Assembly (NCBI GenBank): GCA_963715985.1
Contig: CAVQSP010000011.1
Span: forward strand, 288,001 to 352,000
Source: an uncultured Thermoleophilia bacterium
GTDB lineage: Bacteria; Actinomycetota; Thermoleophilia; UBA2241
Reading direction: 5' to 3'
Length of the DNA stretch: 64,000 nt
The translations under genes were made by a program, and so were the position numbers. Position 1 is the stretch's first letter, and every line of letters begins with the position of its first letter. Of the stretch, positions 60,359 through 64,000 are shown piece by piece. Below the pieces are notes generated by a model. The model did not search any database. It saw only the letters and a list, made by a program, of their open reading frames with translations, and had not been told where the DNA came from.

Positions 60359-61168
60359 TCACTGAGCGGCGAGCCGCTCGAGGAACGCCGGCAGCTCGTC
60401 TCGCGGCACCACCACGTCGGCGGCGGCCTGAACGTCCGGCGCCGCCTCGGCCACAGCCACACCGAGGCCGGCCCAGCGCAGCATGTCCACGTCGTTGTGG
60501 CCGTCGCCGCACGCCACTGTGCGCTCGCGTGGCACACCGAGGCGCTCGCAGAGCCACTCCAGGGCCCCGCTCTTGCTGACGCCCAGGTCCGCGATCTCGA
60601 TGTAGGACGCCTGCGAGCGGACCACGTAGAGTCGCCCCTTCCAGCGCTCCTGCAGGCCCGGCAGGATGGCATCCACGTCGTCAGGCTCGCTGAGCACGAC
60701 GAACTTGGTCGGCGGCCGCGCGCGCACCAGCGCCTCCAGGTCGTCGACCTGTTCGATGCCGACCTCGGCGTGCTCCGCGTAGCGGCGCGCCCACCCGTCC
60801 ATGTGCTCCACGTACAACTGGTCGTCCACGTAGGCGTTGAGGTGGCGTCCCAGCTCGCGCACGTGGCGGACCACGTCGACCGCCGCCTCGGCGTCCATGC
60901 GCCGGTGCCACAGCTCCTCCCCACTGGCGAGGTCGGCCACCAGCGCCCCCTGGTAGCAGATGATGGGCCCGTCATGCAGCCCGAGGCGGGCGGCGATCCG
61001 CCGCGCGCTGACGAACATGCGGCCCGTGCAGACGATCACCGAGGTGCCGGAGGCCCGCAGCGCCTCCAGCGCCTCGTGCAGGCCGGGCGAGAGCTCGAGC
61101 TCGGGAGAGAGCAGCGTACCGTCCAGGTCGCAGGCGACGAGGCCGGGGTGGAAGAGGTGGGATGACAA
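60359..61168 (-). CDS. Cof-type HAD-IIB hydrolase
   Basis: DLDGTLL, CTGR, GVSK, GDGHNDVDML; start uncertain (TTG 61168). Confidence 0.9.
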   Translation of the reverse strand: MSSHLFHPGLVACDLDGTLLSPELELSPGLHEALEALRASGTSVIVCTGRMFVSARRIAARLGLHDGPIICYQGALVADLASGEELWHRRMDAEAAVDVVRHVRELGRHLNAYVDDQLYVEHMDGWARRYAEHAEVGIEQVDDLEALVRARPPTKFVVLSEPDDVDAILPGLQERWKGRLYVVRSQASYIEIADLGVSKSGALEWLCERLGVPRERTVACGDGHNDVDMLRWAGLGVAVAEAAPDVQAAADVVVPRDELPAFLERLAAQ

Positions 61169-61271
61169 CGTGTCGTTGCCCTTGCCGAGTGGGTACACAG
61201 GAGGTGTAGACTGCCACCCAGGAGAAGCAGCGTCCCCGACTCCCACGGGGCGGCTTCTCACGAAGACCTGG

Positions 61272-61859
61272 TCATTCCCAGGTCTTCTTTTTTTCCGCCT
61301 GGGCGGCCTTCGCGGGGGCGCTGGTGAAGCCCGTCACCACCACGTCCACGCCGGACAGGTCCATTCCGCCCAGCCGCTCCAGATCGGCGCCGAGGCGCTC
61401 CGCCGCGCGGGCTTGGAGACCCGCCAGGTCGCGCGCGGGGACGGCCGCCTCCAGGCGAGCCCACCAGCCGACGGCATCCCGGGACAGCGACACGCGGCCT
61501 GCCCGTGTACCCTCGAGACCAGCCTGCGCGCTGCGCGTGAGCGCCCGCTCCAGCGCGTTCACGTCCAGCCTGGCTTGACCCTCCTGACCACCGAACTCGA
61601 GGACCTGCCGGCGCGCGCGCCCGGCGCGCAGCTGCCGGACCGCGAGGACGATGAGGAAGATCGCCACCAGACCAGTGCCCACTGCGGCTACCGTGAGCGC
61701 CCACGACGGCCTCGCGGTGAGGTCCGCCCACCAGGGCGCCGCACGCCACTGGAGCGTGGGCTCGGCCGCGAGGACGGCCTCACGGACGAGCGCGGCCATG
61801 GCCACGATCATGCCGGCGGCGCCGATCAGTATGGCGAGGAAGCGGGCGAAAGGGGTCAC
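61272..61859 (-). CDS. AmaP/DUF6286-like membrane protein
   Basis: Two TM helices plus an Asp23-like C-terminal fold; in the asp23 operon. Confidence 0.65.
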   Translation of the reverse strand: MTPFARFLAILIGAAGMIVAMAALVREAVLAAEPTLQWRAAPWWADLTARPSWALTVAAVGTGLVAIFLIVLAVRQLRAGRARRQVLEFGGQEGQARLDVNALERALTRSAQAGLEGTRAGRVSLSRDAVGWWARLEAAVPARDLAGLQARAAERLGADLERLGGMDLSGVDVVVTGFTSAPAKAAQAEKKKTWE

Positions 61860-62458
61860 GGCAGGTACTTCTTGAGCTCGGGCACCCTGAGGATGCGCGG
61901 CCGGATCACGAGGTCCCCCGGCTCGACGCCGGTCACCGTGCGCAGGCGGCGCCGCACGAGCGGCTCCACCTCGGCGCTCAGGCGAATCGGGTCGGCGAGG
62001 GGCCGTCCGTACACACGGATGGTGCCGCCCAGCCCCGCGCCGAACGCGCGCAGGTTCGCCTCGGCGCGCACCACCTCCGGGTGGCGCGCCGCCGCCGCTT
62101 CCACGGTCCTGACGACGGGGGCCGCGGGCACGAGCACGCCGCCGTGCACGCCGGCCAGCCAGAACGTCTCCTCGCCGTGGCGCGCCACAAGCCACACGAG
62201 CAGGCCGACGACGACGACGGCGCCGGCGAGCAGCCAGGCGCGCAGGCCGGAGTCCGCGGGCAGACCGAGGTACCCGAACGGCGAGAAGTCGCAGTCGAAC
62301 GCGGCGGCCGTGAGCCGCATCGCGAACAGCAGCACCACGACACCGCCGGCCAGCAGCAGCACGAACGTCGCGACCCGCGTGGACGCGGACGGGGAGACCC
62401 CCGCCGGGCGCCGCCTGTCAGGCCTCGGGGGCAGCCTGCTCCTCCGGGAAGACGACAT
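61856..62458 (-). CDS. Membrane protein of the asp23 operon
   Basis: Two TM helices; overlaps both neighbours; start uncertain. Confidence 0.6.
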   Translation of the reverse strand: MSSSRRSRLPPRPDRRRPAGVSPSASTRVATFVLLLAGGVVVLLFAMRLTAAAFDCDFSPFGYLGLPADSGLRAWLLAGAVVVVGLLVWLVARHGEETFWLAGVHGGVLVPAAPVVRTVEAAAARHPEVVRAEANLRAFGAGLGGTIRVYGRPLADPIRLSAEVEPLVRRRLRTVTGVEPGDLVIRPRILRVPELKKYLP

Positions 62459-62801
62459 CGGTGACGAGGACGTTGACGGCGCGCACCTTGAGGCCCGTGG
62501 TGCCCTCGACCTGTTCGGTGACCGCCTTGCGGCAGGCCTCCGCGATGACCGGCACGCTGGAGCCGAAGTCGATGCTCATGGTGACGTCGATATCCACGCT
62601 GCCGTCGCGCAGGTCGACGCTGATACCGGGCGTGCCCTTGTCACCGCGCAGCCCGGCCAGCGCCCTCGCGCTGCCGCCGCCGAGCGCGTGGATGCCCTCG
62701 ACGCGGGTGCAGGCCTTGTACGCCACTTTGGCGACCACGTTGTCGGAGATGGTCACACCGCTCACCGGAGCCGTGCCCTCTGTCTTGGGCGCGTCGGTCA
62801 T
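62418..62801 (-). CDS. Asp23/Gls24-family envelope stress protein
   Basis: ISDNVVAKVA, VEGI, FG..VP..A, V...TGL.V..VNV.V.DV. Confidence 0.9.
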   Translation of the reverse strand: MTDAPKTEGTAPVSGVTISDNVVAKVAYKACTRVEGIHALGGGSARALAGLRGDKGTPGISVDLRDGSVDIDVTMSIDFGSSVPVIAEACRKAVTEQVEGTTGLKVRAVNVLVTDVVFPEEQAAPEA

Positions 62802-62930
62802 GGCACTCCTCCCCTGTTCCGTCATGTGCGGCCGCCGCGAGCGGCGGCCGGGACTCCTTCACAGCCTACTGTACCCGCAGCATAGCGCACGTCACTTCGC
62901 CGGACCTGGCGCGGCCTCGGCCGCGCTCCC

Positions 62931-63059
62931 GACGCCGCAGGCGCCTCAGCTACGATCCGCGACGCAGCCGGCGTCACGTAGTTGAAGCCGAAGGCCCGTC
63001 AACTACGATCCGCGACGCAGCCGGCGTCACGTAGCTGACGCCGCAGGCGCCTCAGCTAC
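62931..63059. repeat. 53-bp palindromic tandem repeat (about 2.4 copies), REP-like
   Basis: Identical 32-mers at 62950-62981 and 63003-63034; identical 23-mers at 62931 and 63037. Confidence 0.85.
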
Positions 63060-64000
63060 ATTTCGAGTAACTGCACCCCGGATCCACGCAGACGAGGCAG
63101 CCGCCCTCATGACGCATGGCCCCGCCGCAGTCCGGGCAGGCGCCCTGGGCGAGCTCCACGAGCGAGAGCTGAGGCTCCGGCTCGCTGGCTGCGGCCGCAG
63201 CCGCACCCCGCACGTAGCGGCGCTCGAGCGCCTTGCCGATGGCGTCGGCGCAGCTCAGCGTGGCGTTGGGACCCAGGCCGTAGGGCGCGTGGCAGCGGAT
63301 GCCCTTGAGCTGCTCGGTGACCTCCTCGGTGGAGGCGCCCTTCTTGAGGGCCAGCGAGATGAGCCGGCCCAGCGCCTCGGTGTTGCTGGAGGCGCAGCCG
63401 CCGGCCTTGCCCATGTTGGCGAACACCTCGCGCGGGCCGAACTCGTCGTCGTTCATGATGACGAAGAGCTTGCCGCAGCCCGTCTCCATGCGCTGCGTCT
63501 CGCCGGTGAGGAGCTCCGGCCGCGACGGGCGCGTGGTGGCGATGCCCACGCCGGGCTCCGGCGCCCGCTTCTTCTTGCTCTGGCCGACGTTGAGCACCTG
63601 CTCCTCGCGGCTGCCGTCGCGGTAGATGGTGACGCCCTTGCAGCCGGACTTGTAGGCCAGCATGTAGACCTTCTCGACGTCCTCGATGGTGGCCTCGTTG
63701 GGGAAGTTGACCGTCTTGGAGACCGCGTTGTCGGTGCCCTTCTGGAAGGCCGACTGGAGCTTGATGTGCCACTCCGGGGTGATGTCGTGGGCGGTGGCGA
63801 AGGTCTGCTGCACGTCGCGGGGCACACCGTCCAGGTGGCGCACGGAGCCCACGTCGGCGATCTTCTTCATGAGCTCGTCGTTGTAGAAGCCCCGCTGCCG
63901 GGCGACGTGCTCGAAGTACGGCTGCACCTCCACCATGCGGTCGTCGTCGAGCACGTTGGCGCGCACGTAGCTGATGGCGAAGAGCGGCTCGATGCCGCTG
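63052..64000 (-). CDS. nrdJ: Class II (B12-dependent) ribonucleotide reductase, C-terminal part
   Basis: SGIEP, DNAVSKTVN, KGVTIYRDGSR, TSCPD-like domain (TGCG..SCADAI), Zn ribbon CPDC..C..C.YSKC. Confidence 0.92.
   Translation of the reverse strand, partial: SGIEPLFAISYVRANVLDDDRMVEVQPYFEHVARQRGFYNDELMKKIADVGSVRHLDGVPRDVQQTFATAHDITPEWHIKLQSAFQKGTDNAVSKTVNFPNEATIEDVEKVYMLAYKSGCKGVTIYRDGSREEQVLNVGQSKKKRAPEPGVGIATTRPSRPELLTGETQRMETGCGKLFVIMNDDEFGPREVFANMGKAGGCASSNTEALGRLISLALKKGASTEEVTEQLKGIRCHAPYGLGPNATLSCADAIGKALERRYVRGAAAAAASEPEPQLSLVELAQGACPDCGGAMRHEGGCLVCVDPGCSYSKCS

Noticed and set aside
62931-63059. CRISPR array (32-bp repeats with 21-bp spacers)
   Set aside because: There are only two full repeats, the spacers are homologous to each other and self-complementary, and no cas genes or leader are present.

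Overview
This is a very GC-rich bacterial chromosome segment, probably from an anaerobic Actinomycetota such as a Thermoleophilia-like lineage (inferred from gene content and regulatory motifs, not verified). I see about 55 genes and no rRNA, tRNA, transposase or CRISPR-cas. The core is a ~13 kb C1/methyl-transfer neighbourhood (13.6-26.8 kb). It holds an hdrA(HdrL-type)-mvhD-metV-metF-hdrC-hdrB operon behind a near-consensus Rex operator, and a corrinoid protein paired with an MtmB-family methyltransferase that has Val where methanogen MtmB has pyrrolysine. A convergent DUF1638-cupin operon ends in a gene the ORF track misses: an 82-codon frame with an in-frame TGA in a C-x3-H-x5-C-x-(UGA) motif, a candidate new selenoprotein. 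Other notable features are an orphan sigma70 promoter driving a probable four-hairpin sRNA with C-rich loops (60.2-60.3 kb), a 53-bp palindromic tandem repeat overlapping the nrdJ stop codon, several readable operators (LacI, Rex, CRP/FNR, RHH, OmpR/MprA-type), two tandem secreted IPT/TIG proteins, and a sugar-catabolism cluster with clustered frameshifts that may be assembly errors. All family assignments come from motif recognition by eye; no database searches were run.
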